Source of the DNA: Patescibacteria group bacterium
GTDB lineage: Bacteria; Patescibacteriota; Microgenomatia; UBA8517
Reading direction: 5' to 3'
Length of the DNA stretch: 64,000 nt
NCBI GenBank assembly: GCA_041499035.1
Contig: JBGQJK010000002.1
Coordinates: 6,571-70,570, forward strand
Shown here piece after piece: positions 53,495-62,501 of the stretch. Position numbers and translations under genes: made by a program. Within the stretch, counting starts at the first letter, position 1, and each line of letters opens with the position of its first letter. The notes under the pieces were generated by a model that worked only from the letters and a program-made list of their open reading frames with translations, did not search any database and was not told where the DNA came from.

Positions 53495-54379
53495 ATGAAA
53501 ACCCTAAAAGTTATCTTCGTGGTACTGGTTACTCTCGCCGTAGTTTTGGCTACAGGATTTTTCCTGATAGGCTATTTTAAGCCAAAACCTGGCGGGCTTA
53601 TGGTCGACACAACCCCGAGCTCGAGCGTTTATATTAACGGCAATTTTGCCGGCAAAACACCTTACAAGGGCACTTACGCTGCGGGACAAGTGAGTGTTAA
53701 GCTTGTACCTGATCTTTCCGGTCAAAACCTTGTTCCCTACGAAACAAAAGTGAGTCTGGATGCAGGCATTCAGACAGTAATACAGCGTGAATTTGGAGCA
53801 ACCGAAGACCTGTCTTCCGAGGACGTTATATCTTTTGACAAAACCGGCGGGAGTTTTGCAAGTCTTGTGGTTATTTCTACACCGGACAACTCACAGGTAT
53901 TAATTGACGGATTGGCCCAGGGTTTTTCGCCATATAACACCGACTCCACAGCCGCCGGGTCACACCAAATTATGGTTAGAGCACAGGGTTTTGCCGACAA
54001 AACCATGAATGTAAAAACTCAGATCGGCTATCGTTTGACTGTTTTTGCAAAGCTAGCAAAGTCCCAGGACGCGCTTCCGTCCCCGAGCCCTTCGCCAACC
54101 CCTGCTTCCTCCGTAAAAACCTATGTTTTGATAGGCAACACCCCCACGGGATTTTTGAGGATGAGAACTGAGCCTGCCACAAAAGGAGAAGAGATAGCGG
54201 AACTAAAACCCGGGCAGAAATATTTGTATTTGGATACGGATGCAGCTAGCGGTTGGTACAAAATTCAATATCAAGATCCAGCCCCCGGATTGCCCAATGG
54301 AATTACGGGTTGGATTTCCAACCAATATGCCTCCCTGGCTACTCAAAGCGCCACTCTAGCCACCCCAACACCCAAATAA
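53495..54379 (+). CDS. PEGA-domain and SH3b-domain membrane protein
   Basis: VYINGNFAGKTP and STPDNSQVLIDG (PEGA x2); LRMRTEP...GWYKI...GWISNQY (SH3). Confidence 0.85.
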   Translation: MKTLKVIFVVLVTLAVVLATGFFLIGYFKPKPGGLMVDTTPSSSVYINGNFAGKTPYKGTYAAGQVSVKLVPDLSGQNLVPYETKVSLDAGIQTVIQREFGATEDLSSEDVISFDKTGGSFASLVVISTPDNSQVLIDGLAQGFSPYNTDSTAAGSHQIMVRAQGFADKTMNVKTQIGYRLTVFAKLAKSQDALPSPSPSPTPASSVKTYVLIGNTPTGFLRMRTEPATKGEEIAELKPGQKYLYLDTDAASGWYKIQYQDPAPGLPNGITGWISNQYASLATQSATLATPTPK

Positions 54380-54419
54380 GTTTGACATTTATTATCTTAT
54401 AGTACATAATCATCGCATT

Positions 54420-54737
54420 ATGGTGGATAAACTTTGTGGAAACTGTAAATTATGCGATTTTTCAAGCGATGCAGCTAAAGCCAAGGCTCTAGACGTCGGG
54501 GGAAACATGTTAGTAAGAGCTGCAACTCAGCTTTCGAATAACTCCGAGATTTTGAAAACAGACGATATGGGCAAAAGGTTAGAAAGACTTCAGGAGTCTT
54601 TGGACGACGCAACTGATACACTTTTGGATGCCTTGTATCCGAGGGGTATAAAACAATGTAGTGGAATGGAAGGAGTGGTAACAAGTTCGAATGAAAGCTG
54701 TACAAATCCGATGTATTATACTCCACTCACTAAATAG
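54420..54737 (+). CDS. Small Cys-containing hypothetical protein
   Basis: CGNCKLC...C...C; own promoter TTGACA(54382)-17 bp-CATAAT. Confidence 0.65.
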   Translation: MVDKLCGNCKLCDFSSDAAKAKALDVGGNMLVRAATQLSNNSEILKTDDMGKRLERLQESLDDATDTLLDALYPRGIKQCSGMEGVVTSSNESCTNPMYYTPLTK

Positions 54738-55698
54738 ACCCGGTTACCGATATTCCCGAATAAAGTACCCAGTAAACAAGGAGTACCCAAAGGGCGACGG
54801 CAATAATTAGAGCCTTGTCGGTTAAAAGCAACTTCTCGGGGGTTTCGGATCTGTTTGCAAAAATTAATGACTCATAGCGCATTATTCCAAAGATTGTAAC
54901 AGGGATAGTGAACATCAATAGTTTATTGATCGTGGTGGTTCGACTCAGTTCAGCCAGAACCAGCCAAAAGGGAATAGTTGCTTTTGGACTTTCAAAAAAA
55001 GTAAAAAGCGCCCAGCTCATCCAAGACGCGTTTGCAAACATGGTCACATATGAGTTAAGAAGCTCCTTCTTATAATCTCCCAAACTCTTTCTCGTTACCG
55101 GATTGTCTTCACCAACCAGATTGAGTTCAGCCCGGCGTTTTCCGGAAGCCAAAAAGAGAGCTACAGAAATCACACAGAGCAGGAACCATACGGAAAGGTG
55201 GGCGTTTACGACAAACGCTCCCGCATAAACTCTCATTACAAATCCGGTGGCGATAATGACGATATCAACGATGGCGATATTTTTAAGGCCCAAACTGTAA
55301 AAGACTTGAAGAATAATATAGCCTACGACGAGTAAAAAGAGGAGCGAGTTTAAACCTGCGCTTATTAAAAGTGCCGCGCCGGCTAAAACTACAGCTTCAA
55401 CTATTGCTACAGGAACAGGGAGGGCGCCGGAAGCGATTGGCCTGAACCTTTTCCCGGGGTGCAATCTGTCGCGTTTCATATCGAGTAAATCATTAATTAC
55501 ATATGTCGCGGATGTGGCAAAACAGAATGCAACAAAAGCCTGAACAACAAGTGCAAGGAGGCCCTTGTCAAACATAATGCCCGAAAGGAATACCGCGGCA
55601 AAAAGCGAGACGTTTTTAACCCAGTGAATGGGCCGCGCAACTTTAATTGCTGCAAGTATCAAATTATCTTTTTGTTTTTGGATCGGTAAGTTAGCCAT
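54730..55698 (-). CDS. UbiA-family polyprenyl-phosphate phosphoribosyltransferase-like protein
   Basis: RPIHWVKN, YVINDLLDMKRDRLHP.K..RPIASG, GKRRAE; start at ATG 55698. Confidence 0.85.
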   Translation of the reverse strand: MANLPIQKQKDNLILAAIKVARPIHWVKNVSLFAAVFLSGIMFDKGLLALVVQAFVAFCFATSATYVINDLLDMKRDRLHPGKRFRPIASGALPVPVAIVEAVVLAGAALLISAGLNSLLFLLVVGYIILQVFYSLGLKNIAIVDIVIIATGFVMRVYAGAFVVNAHLSVWFLLCVISVALFLASGKRRAELNLVGEDNPVTRKSLGDYKKELLNSYVTMFANASWMSWALFTFFESPKATIPFWLVLAELSRTTTINKLLMFTIPVTIFGIMRYESLIFANRSETPEKLLLTDKALIIAVALWVLLVYWVLYSGISVTGSI

Positions 55699-56729
55699 AT
55701 AATTAGCCCTCCGAGAAACGCAGCTACTCCCACCATTGTATAAACCTTTGCTCCGGTATTCAAATTTACTGCTATGACGCCAAGAACCGCCGTTACCGTC
55801 CAGTAGAAAAGTGCCACCTGGCCTTTTGTTAGTCCGGCATCGAGTAGTCTGTGGTGTAAGTGACCCCGGTCGCCCCAAACTGGGGATTTACCATTTAGAA
55901 CCCTGTTGATAATAACATAGCCGGTATCAATAAGCGGGATACCAAGTACTACCAAGAGGACCCCAACTTTAGCCGTCGCCAAAATCGAAAGTACTCCGAG
56001 GAGGTAGCCGGCTAGGGTACTGCCCCCGTAACCCGGCATTATTTTCTGGGGAAAGACATGCCATGGTAAAAATCCGAAATATGCCCCCGCAGTAATTGCT
56101 GCCAGGATTATAACCGGCCACTGGGCTATGTCTGCGGAGTAGCGGAGGGAAAGAAACCCAATAGTAAGCGCCGCGACAACCGTTACCCCGCTAAGTTGTC
56201 CGTCGACTCCTTTTGCACCCATATTAATCATATTCATTAAAAAAGTTATCCAAAATAGAGCAAAGAGGTCGGCAATTAGCCAAATACTATGTATACCAAA
56301 TAGACTGAAAGTAATCTGCGGCTGGCTTAGATTAATGGTTCCGCCTAAAGGGTTGGTAATAAATGCAATTCCGATTCCGGCAGCGATGGGTGCTCCCGCC
56401 GCAATGAAACCAAGGCCCAGTCTGACATAAGGGTTTAGGTTATATTTGTCATCCAGTATTCCCATTACAACCAAGACCCCCGCTCCAACCAAAACGCCAA
56501 TCATATGTTTATCGATTGGCAGAAAAAACAAAGTTGTGATGAGTAAGGCAAGAAATATTGGGATTCCGCCGCCTCTAGGGGTGGGGATAGTATGAATAAC
56601 CTTTGGATGGCTGCTTTTTTTAGGATCATCAATGATGCCCAGTTTACCTGCGAATTTGATTACAACAGGAGTAATAAGAAAGGAGATTAAGGCAGATACC
56701 AGCCACGGAAATAAAAATATATCCTTCAT
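55659..56729 (-). CDS. Undecaprenyl-phosphate GlcNAc-1-P transferase (WecA/TagO, MraY-like)
   Basis: PTPRGGG, GILDD, GVDG, DRGHLHHRL. Confidence 0.88.
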   Translation of the reverse strand: MKDIFLFPWLVSALISFLITPVVIKFAGKLGIIDDPKKSSHPKVIHTIPTPRGGGIPIFLALLITTLFFLPIDKHMIGVLVGAGVLVVMGILDDKYNLNPYVRLGLGFIAAGAPIAAGIGIAFITNPLGGTINLSQPQITFSLFGIHSIWLIADLFALFWITFLMNMINMGAKGVDGQLSGVTVVAALTIGFLSLRYSADIAQWPVIILAAITAGAYFGFLPWHVFPQKIMPGYGGSTLAGYLLGVLSILATAKVGVLLVVLGIPLIDTGYVIINRVLNGKSPVWGDRGHLHHRLLDAGLTKGQVALFYWTVTAVLGVIAVNLNTGAKVYTMVGVAAFLGGLIIWLTYRSKNKKII

Positions 56730-56730
56730 T

Positions 56731-57063
56731 TTAAAAAAATCCGACCAGTAAGATTATTTTAGTCACTGCAATTGCTAACAGCAAAGAAACAAAGGCGCTT
56801 GAAATCATCAAAGTTTTTTTCAAGAATAAATCTTTGGTAAGCATGCTCACCAGGATGTTTATGGCGGTTATAATAAAACCCACTCCCGGGGCCAAAACAA
56901 GCCAGATTGCAGGTTTCAGCTGCTCCGCCCCCGACGGAAGCCCGTAGAAAAGAGGTGTTATTGGCGGAAGAATCTTTTTTAAAGCCAGAATGGCGATAAT
57001 GGAGATGGCATTTAGAACTATTGAGAAATAGACACAACCTTTAAACGGTAAATTTTTCCACAT
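56731..57063 (-). CDS. Small three-TM membrane protein
   Basis: LPPITPLFYGLPSG.EQL motif between TMs. Confidence 0.7.
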   Translation of the reverse strand: MWKNLPFKGCVYFSIVLNAISIIAILALKKILPPITPLFYGLPSGAEQLKPAIWLVLAPGVGFIITAINILVSMLTKDLFLKKTLMISSAFVSLLLAIAVTKIILLVGFF

Positions 57064-57133
57064 CTAGCCTGATTTTACCATAAACTCAAGGATACCTCGC
57101 TATGTCCCAAGAGGATGAATTGAATTTATGGCC

Positions 57134-57157
57134 AAGGCTTCACCTTGTTGAAGCCTT
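57134..57157. terminator. Hairpin just after the glycosyltransferase stop
   Basis: AAGGCTTCA-CCTTGT-TGAAGCCTT. Confidence 0.45.
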
Positions 57158-57160
57158 ACA

Positions 57161-58672
57161 CTACTTACCCTTGGGAGCAAAATCAATTCTGGAGTAAATG
57201 TTTGCATTTTCAATCTGGTCGATCAACAAGTATTCGGATTTGATGAGCGGTGTTAGCTCGGGGAAAGGTCGGCCCGAAGTCAGGATAATAAACTTAGGCG
57301 GGTTGAGCGTAATCTGATTTGCCGCTTCGCTGAGACTTGAATAGTCGGTAACGTGGTAGTCGGCCACATATTTTATAGGCGGAAGCCGGCGGGACAGGGC
57401 ATAGACAGCCGGGCTATCGGAATCCCACATAAAAACTTTTTCACCCGGTTTACTTGAAGCGACTATGAAATCTGCGATTTTATAATTTCTGTTAACGGTT
57501 GGGCCAAAACCCCGAAAATACTCTGTCCGATCTATCTTTCCGGCTGCAAAGTTTATAAAACGCACGTAGTAGCTTGCGGTTTGGTAATAATAGAATTTGT
57601 AATAAACGGGTACAAAAAAACTTAGAGCTAAGGGGAGTACCACAAAGGACTGCTCAACGCTTTTTTCGGCAAAAAACATGCCCAAAAGGAATGAAATTGG
57701 AGCAAGCACCTGGACAAAATAGTGCGGATAGGGCCGCTCGGATAATGTTACGGCAAATAACCCCAAAAGTGTCCAAACACAAAAAAGAATAAAGTTCTTT
57801 GACAACTTTTTCCGTGATAAATAAAGAATAAGTGTCCCGACAAAAACAATTGCAGCCCGGATTAGGAGAGGGCCGTTTCTGATATAAAAAGGTTTTTGGA
57901 CATCTCCAGGTCTGAAACTACTTAAATAGCCGACGTTTTGTAAGAATGCAGCTTTAATATATTCAGGGAGAGCTCCTTTCATGTAGTACCATAGAAATGT
58001 AAAAAGGATTGGAGTTGTAAATCCTAGCCCCAAAATAAATGTGTTTTTTATTACTTTAGGCCAGCTTTTGAAATCATTTGTGATGAACCAAAAGAGAACA
58101 ATGACGGGCATATCGAAAGCGGCAGGAATTTTAAAAAGAGTTCCGATTCCAAAAAGAAATCCGGCAAAAAAAATCATTTTTGAGGTCAATTTTTCCGAGA
58201 GAAGTACATAAAGAGCAATTAGTGTAAAGCCGATCATAAAAAGCTCGGCGTTAACAATATTACCTTCGAAAAGCGGAATCGTAGTTAGAATCGCAAAAAT
58301 AAAAGTTGACACTTTTACAACCTTTCCGCCCCCTTCCGAAGTCTTTGACGAATGAGGGTCAAATAACTTTACCGAAAGCTTATAGAAGAAGGCGACTGCC
58401 AGTAAACTCCAGAAACAGAGGATAACTTTGAATAAGAAAAGGTTGCCAGCCGCCGCTGCTGTTAAATAAAGAAGCGGGGGTTTATTATCATGGATATCCT
58501 TGTACAAACTTAGGCCTTGTCTTACCCCTTGCCCCAGGGTGATGTAAATCATTTCGTCACCGTAATAGTATGGTTCAAAGAATGATGGGATCCTGAGGAT
58601 CAAAACCAGAGCCAAGATGCCCACAACCCAAGTAGGAAGGTGAATTTTCTTGATCCAGTCTGTCTTTGGCAT
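57161..58672 (-). CDS. GT-C fold (ArnT/PMT-like) membrane glycosyltransferase
   Basis: GDEMIY, LYKDIHDNKPPL, NAELF, YPHYF; multiple TMs. Confidence 0.85.
   Translation of the reverse strand: MPKTDWIKKIHLPTWVVGILALVLILRIPSFFEPYYYGDEMIYITLGQGVRQGLSLYKDIHDNKPPLLYLTAAAAGNLFLFKVILCFWSLLAVAFFYKLSVKLFDPHSSKTSEGGGKVVKVSTFIFAILTTIPLFEGNIVNAELFMIGFTLIALYVLLSEKLTSKMIFFAGFLFGIGTLFKIPAAFDMPVIVLFWFITNDFKSWPKVIKNTFILGLGFTTPILFTFLWYYMKGALPEYIKAAFLQNVGYLSSFRPGDVQKPFYIRNGPLLIRAAIVFVGTLILYLSRKKLSKNFILFCVWTLLGLFAVTLSERPYPHYFVQVLAPISFLLGMFFAEKSVEQSFVVLPLALSFFVPVYYKFYYYQTASYYVRFINFAAGKIDRTEYFRGFGPTVNRNYKIADFIVASSKPGEKVFMWDSDSPAVYALSRRLPPIKYVADYHVTDYSSLSEAANQITLNPPKFIILTSGRPFPELTPLIKSEYLLIDQIENANIYSRIDFAPKGK
58328..58359. 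repeat. Short palindromic element (family P), in-frame in the glycosyltransferase
   Basis: GCCCCCTTCCGAAGTCTTTGACGAATGAGGGT, read as PHSSKTSEGG. Confidence 0.6.
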
Positions 58673-58795
58673 TTACACCTACACCACTCACATACAGATG
58701 TGTGTTGGTTGTAGTTATTTCATTATAGAGATACTCAAGAGAGAAGATCAACTATACGTTTGGCGAGGCGGGATGGCATGTGCAATAATCAAAGT

Positions 58796-60619
58796 ATGAT
58801 AACTAAAAAACGAGACGTGATTAGACCGATTAAACAAACACTTTTCAATTTGAAAAGAATGCTAACACTGGCCTGGACTATGGATCGGACAATAATGCTT
58901 GGTTATTATCTAACCACTATTATTGCCGCTGTTGCAGCAATTGTTGTTAGCATTATCTTGAAATTTTTGGTTGACGATCTAATTGTCTCCCAAAACCTAG
59001 GCATAGCTAAATCAATTCCAACAATAGTAATAATTGTTCTTGGCGCAAGATACCTGATGGGGTTGATAAGTGAAATAACCGTTTTTGGTTTGAACCAGGT
59101 TTATTTTGATTATTTGTTTCGATACAAACTTCAAAATTACATAAATTATTCTTTTTACCAAAAACTTACAAATCTCGATATAGCACAATTGGAAGATCCA
59201 GACACGCAAAATTTAATTGCTAAGGCAAAAGATACAATGACCTGGAGACCTCCTGATTTTTTGCGTTCGTTTTCTTATTTTTTAAGTAGCGTTGTAACCT
59301 TGATTGCCGCTTTTATTGTGCTTTTGCCCTTTGGTTGGTGGATTCCAGTGTCAATTACTTTGCTAAATATTCCATTTCTGTACCTCAGGGCGAAGTTCGG
59401 AAGCATCCAGTGGTCACTATATGGGTCGGGTGCACCCGAAGTCAAAAAACTCTGGTATTTTACATGGCTTCTTTCAACAGAAACTGCAATTAAAGAAATG
59501 CGGATCTTTAAATCAACCGCTGTACTTCTTGAAAAATTTAAAGAAGTACAAAAATATCTTTTTGATTTAAATTCCGGACCGATAAAATCGTATCTCAAAA
59601 TTTTATTAGTACCTTCTTTTTTTGAAGCCGTGGTAATGTTTTCTCTTGCTTATTTCAAGTTGGGGGACGTGACGCGCGGCATTTTAAGCGTCGGTAGTTT
59701 TACATTACTTGTTAATATGATCGACACCCTTAATGGAAATGTCGGTGGCGCGGTTATAAACTTTGGCGAGATTTACACCCACTCATTATATGTTGACCAC
59801 TATTTCCAAGTTATGGAACTTCCAAAACTAGTTAAGGAAATTGAGAACCCGATCACTTTTAAGAAATTAGCTCCTCCAAGAATTGAATTTAAGAATGTTT
59901 CCTTTGCATATCCTAATGGTTCCCTGGTCTTAAAAAATATATCCTTTGTTATTAATCCTGGAGAAAATATTGCCTTTGTCGGTGATAATGGGGCAGGTAA
60001 ATCTACAATCATTAAGTTAATTTGTCGATTTTACGACGTGACCGACGGTGAAGTTTTAGTCAACAGAGTCAATATAAAAAAGATCAAACTTTCCCAGTGG
60101 TATGGTTTTTTGGGAACACTTTTTCAAGACTTTGTTCAGTATCATTTTACAGTTAAAGACAATATTTCTCTTGGAAGCTCTAGAAAACAAAATATTATAA
60201 AGATTCGCGAGGCTGCAAAAAAGGCCGGCGCACTAGAATTTATCGAGAAACTTCCTCAGGGATTTGATACTATGCTCGGTAGGGAATTTGAGGAGGGTAA
60301 AGAGCTATCCATTGGGCAATGGCAGAAATTAGCAATCGCAAGAGCCTTTTATGAAGAAGCGCCTTTACTTATCCTTGACGAACCAACAAGTGCAATTGAT
60401 GCCGAATCGGAATATGAAATTTTTAATAATTTATCAAAAACTTATAAAAACAAATCACTTATTCTTGTTTCACACCGTTTTTCTACCGTCCGCAATGCGG
60501 ATATGGTTTTTGTTGTACAAGATGGACAAATCACAGAGAATGGAACGCATGAGGACTTACTTAAGTTAAATGGAAAATACGCAAGAATGTTTACCGTCCA
60601 AGCAAAAGGTTATAGCTAA
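58796..60619 (+). CDS. ABC exporter, fused permease/ATPase
   Basis: TMs, GDNGAGKST, LSIGQWQKLAIAR, ILDEPTSAID, VSHR. Confidence 0.93.
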   Translation: MITKKRDVIRPIKQTLFNLKRMLTLAWTMDRTIMLGYYLTTIIAAVAAIVVSIILKFLVDDLIVSQNLGIAKSIPTIVIIVLGARYLMGLISEITVFGLNQVYFDYLFRYKLQNYINYSFYQKLTNLDIAQLEDPDTQNLIAKAKDTMTWRPPDFLRSFSYFLSSVVTLIAAFIVLLPFGWWIPVSITLLNIPFLYLRAKFGSIQWSLYGSGAPEVKKLWYFTWLLSTETAIKEMRIFKSTAVLLEKFKEVQKYLFDLNSGPIKSYLKILLVPSFFEAVVMFSLAYFKLGDVTRGILSVGSFTLLVNMIDTLNGNVGGAVINFGEIYTHSLYVDHYFQVMELPKLVKEIENPITFKKLAPPRIEFKNVSFAYPNGSLVLKNISFVINPGENIAFVGDNGAGKSTIIKLICRFYDVTDGEVLVNRVNIKKIKLSQWYGFLGTLFQDFVQYHFTVKDNISLGSSRKQNIIKIREAAKKAGALEFIEKLPQGFDTMLGREFEEGKELSIGQWQKLAIARAFYEEAPLLILDEPTSAIDAESEYEIFNNLSKTYKNKSLILVSHRFSTVRNADMVFVVQDGQITENGTHEDLLKLNGKYARMFTVQAKGYS

Positions 60620-60634
60620 GGTATAATAATGTAT

Positions 60635-61576
60635 ATGGAAAAGGTTTTAGTGACCGGGGGAGCTGGTTTTATCGGAAGCCATCTTTGCGATTATTTATTG
60701 AATAAAGGCTATAAAGTTACATGTCTTGACAATTTAGTGACAGGGACCAAAAAAAATATTGAGCCATTCTTAGGAAATCCGAACTTTGAATTTATCGAAG
60801 GCGACGTCCGTGAACTTCCCGACCATATATCTAATCAGCAAATTACACATATTTTTGATCTTGCCTCACCCGCTTCACCGGTAGACTTTGAAAAGCTCTC
60901 CGAAGAAATACTGACAGTAAACTCTCTGGGAACTTTAAAGCTTTTGGAATTGGCAAAAAAGACAAAAGCGAAGTTTTTGATGGCGTCGACATCTGAAGTT
61001 TATGGTGACCCGCTTGAACATCCGCAAAAGGAGGCTTATTTCGGCAATGTTAATTCATTTGGAAGAAGGTCATGTTATGACGAGAGTAAGCGATTTGCCG
61101 AGGCCGCGTGCTATGTTTACCTAAACAAATATGACGTCGACCTCAGGGTAGTTAGGATTTTTAATACGTACGGACCAAAGATGAGGATTGACGACGGCAG
61201 GGCATTGATAACTTTTGTAATGGAAGCGATAAAAAATGAGCCGTTTACGGTTCATGGCGACGGTAGCCAAACCCGCTCACCTTGCTACGTCACCGACATG
61301 GTAGAAGGGCTTTTCAAAGCGATGTTTACGGAAGGGACAAAAGGAGAGATCTTTAATATAGGTAACTCGGAAGAAGTTTCTATGTTGGAACTGGTTAAAA
61401 GAATTTCTAAAATTACCGGCGCTGAAGAAAAAATTGAGTATAAACCGCTTTCCCAAAATGACCCGGTAAGGAGATGTCCGGATATTTCAAAAGCCGAAAG
61501 AGTTCTCAATTGGAGACCTGCTGTTAATTTGGATGAGGGTCTTCAAAAAACAATTGAATATTACAAAAGTTTATGA
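60635..61576 (+). CDS. UDP-glucuronate decarboxylase-like SDR (UDP-xylose synthase family)
   Basis: TGGAGFIGSH, LASPASP, ASTSEVYGDP, RSCYDESKR, RIFNTYGP; TATAAT 7 nt before ATG 60635. Confidence 0.88.
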   Translation: MEKVLVTGGAGFIGSHLCDYLLNKGYKVTCLDNLVTGTKKNIEPFLGNPNFEFIEGDVRELPDHISNQQITHIFDLASPASPVDFEKLSEEILTVNSLGTLKLLELAKKTKAKFLMASTSEVYGDPLEHPQKEAYFGNVNSFGRRSCYDESKRFAEAACYVYLNKYDVDLRVVRIFNTYGPKMRIDDGRALITFVMEAIKNEPFTVHGDGSQTRSPCYVTDMVEGLFKAMFTEGTKGEIFNIGNSEEVSMLELVKRISKITGAEEKIEYKPLSQNDPVRRCPDISKAERVLNWRPAVNLDEGLQKTIEYYKSL

Positions 61577-62496
61577 CGAAGGTTCTTGTAACCGCCAAGC
61601 TTAATCCCGACTTGGATGGTACTTCCTGCTCTTTAGCTTACGCAGATTTACTCCGGCAACTTGGAGACGATGCAGAAGGTTGGGTTACCGGCCAGCCTCA
61701 GCCCGAAACCAAATATTTTATTGCGAAATATAATATCAAAATTCCGGTAAGACCCGATAAGTCTTCGGGAAATTGGGACAAATTTATTCTGGTTGATGCA
61801 TCTTCCATGAAGGGCATGCCAAAAGTTGTTATTGCCGAGAGGGTAATTGAATCTATCGATCATAGAACCGGCGAACCGGAAAAAGAATTTCCTAACGCCA
61901 AAATCCAAAATGAATTAATTGGTGCAGCAGCTACCATTGTTGTGGAAAGATTTATTAAAGCAGGAAAGAAGATCCAGACCGACCATGCGAGACTATTGTA
62001 TGGGGCAATTTATCATAATACCCTTAATTTTATTGCTACAAACGCGACCCAGAGAGATAAAGAGGCTGCAGGGTATCTGGAATCAAATTTTGGCCTCGGA
62101 GAAAATATTATTCTGGAGATGTTTGATTATGCAACTCGTGAGGTTGAAGGAAATGTTCGGGTAGCCTTAGAAAATGATGCTAAAGAATTTGGTACCGGTT
62201 GGAAAATAGGGGCCTATCAACTTATCATGTGGGGAAAGGGAATCTTTACTCAAACAGAACTAATTGAAGAGGGCGTAAGGGATTTGAAAATTAAAATGGA
62301 AGCTAATTGGTCCTTTGTAAATATAGTTGACCTTCAGACAAAGAAAAGTCACATTTTTGTTACGGGATCGGAAGGGGAGCAAGTCTTATCAAAAGCACTT
62401 AATGTAAAGTTTGAAAACAATTGGTCTATTTTGCCTGCTTTATTAAGAAAGCAAATAATGCCTAAGATCTACCAAGAATTAGAGCGAGCTCGGTAA
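61573..62496 (+). CDS. DHH-family protein, PpaC (Mn-dependent pyrophosphatase)-like
   Basis: NPDLDG, ILVD, IDHR, IGAAAT, RKQIMP. Confidence 0.75.
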   Translation: MTKVLVTAKLNPDLDGTSCSLAYADLLRQLGDDAEGWVTGQPQPETKYFIAKYNIKIPVRPDKSSGNWDKFILVDASSMKGMPKVVIAERVIESIDHRTGEPEKEFPNAKIQNELIGAAATIVVERFIKAGKKIQTDHARLLYGAIYHNTLNFIATNATQRDKEAAGYLESNFGLGENIILEMFDYATREVEGNVRVALENDAKEFGTGWKIGAYQLIMWGKGIFTQTELIEEGVRDLKIKMEANWSFVNIVDLQTKKSHIFVTGSEGEQVLSKALNVKFENNWSILPALLRKQIMPKIYQELERAR

Positions 62497-62501
62497 TAAT
62501 T

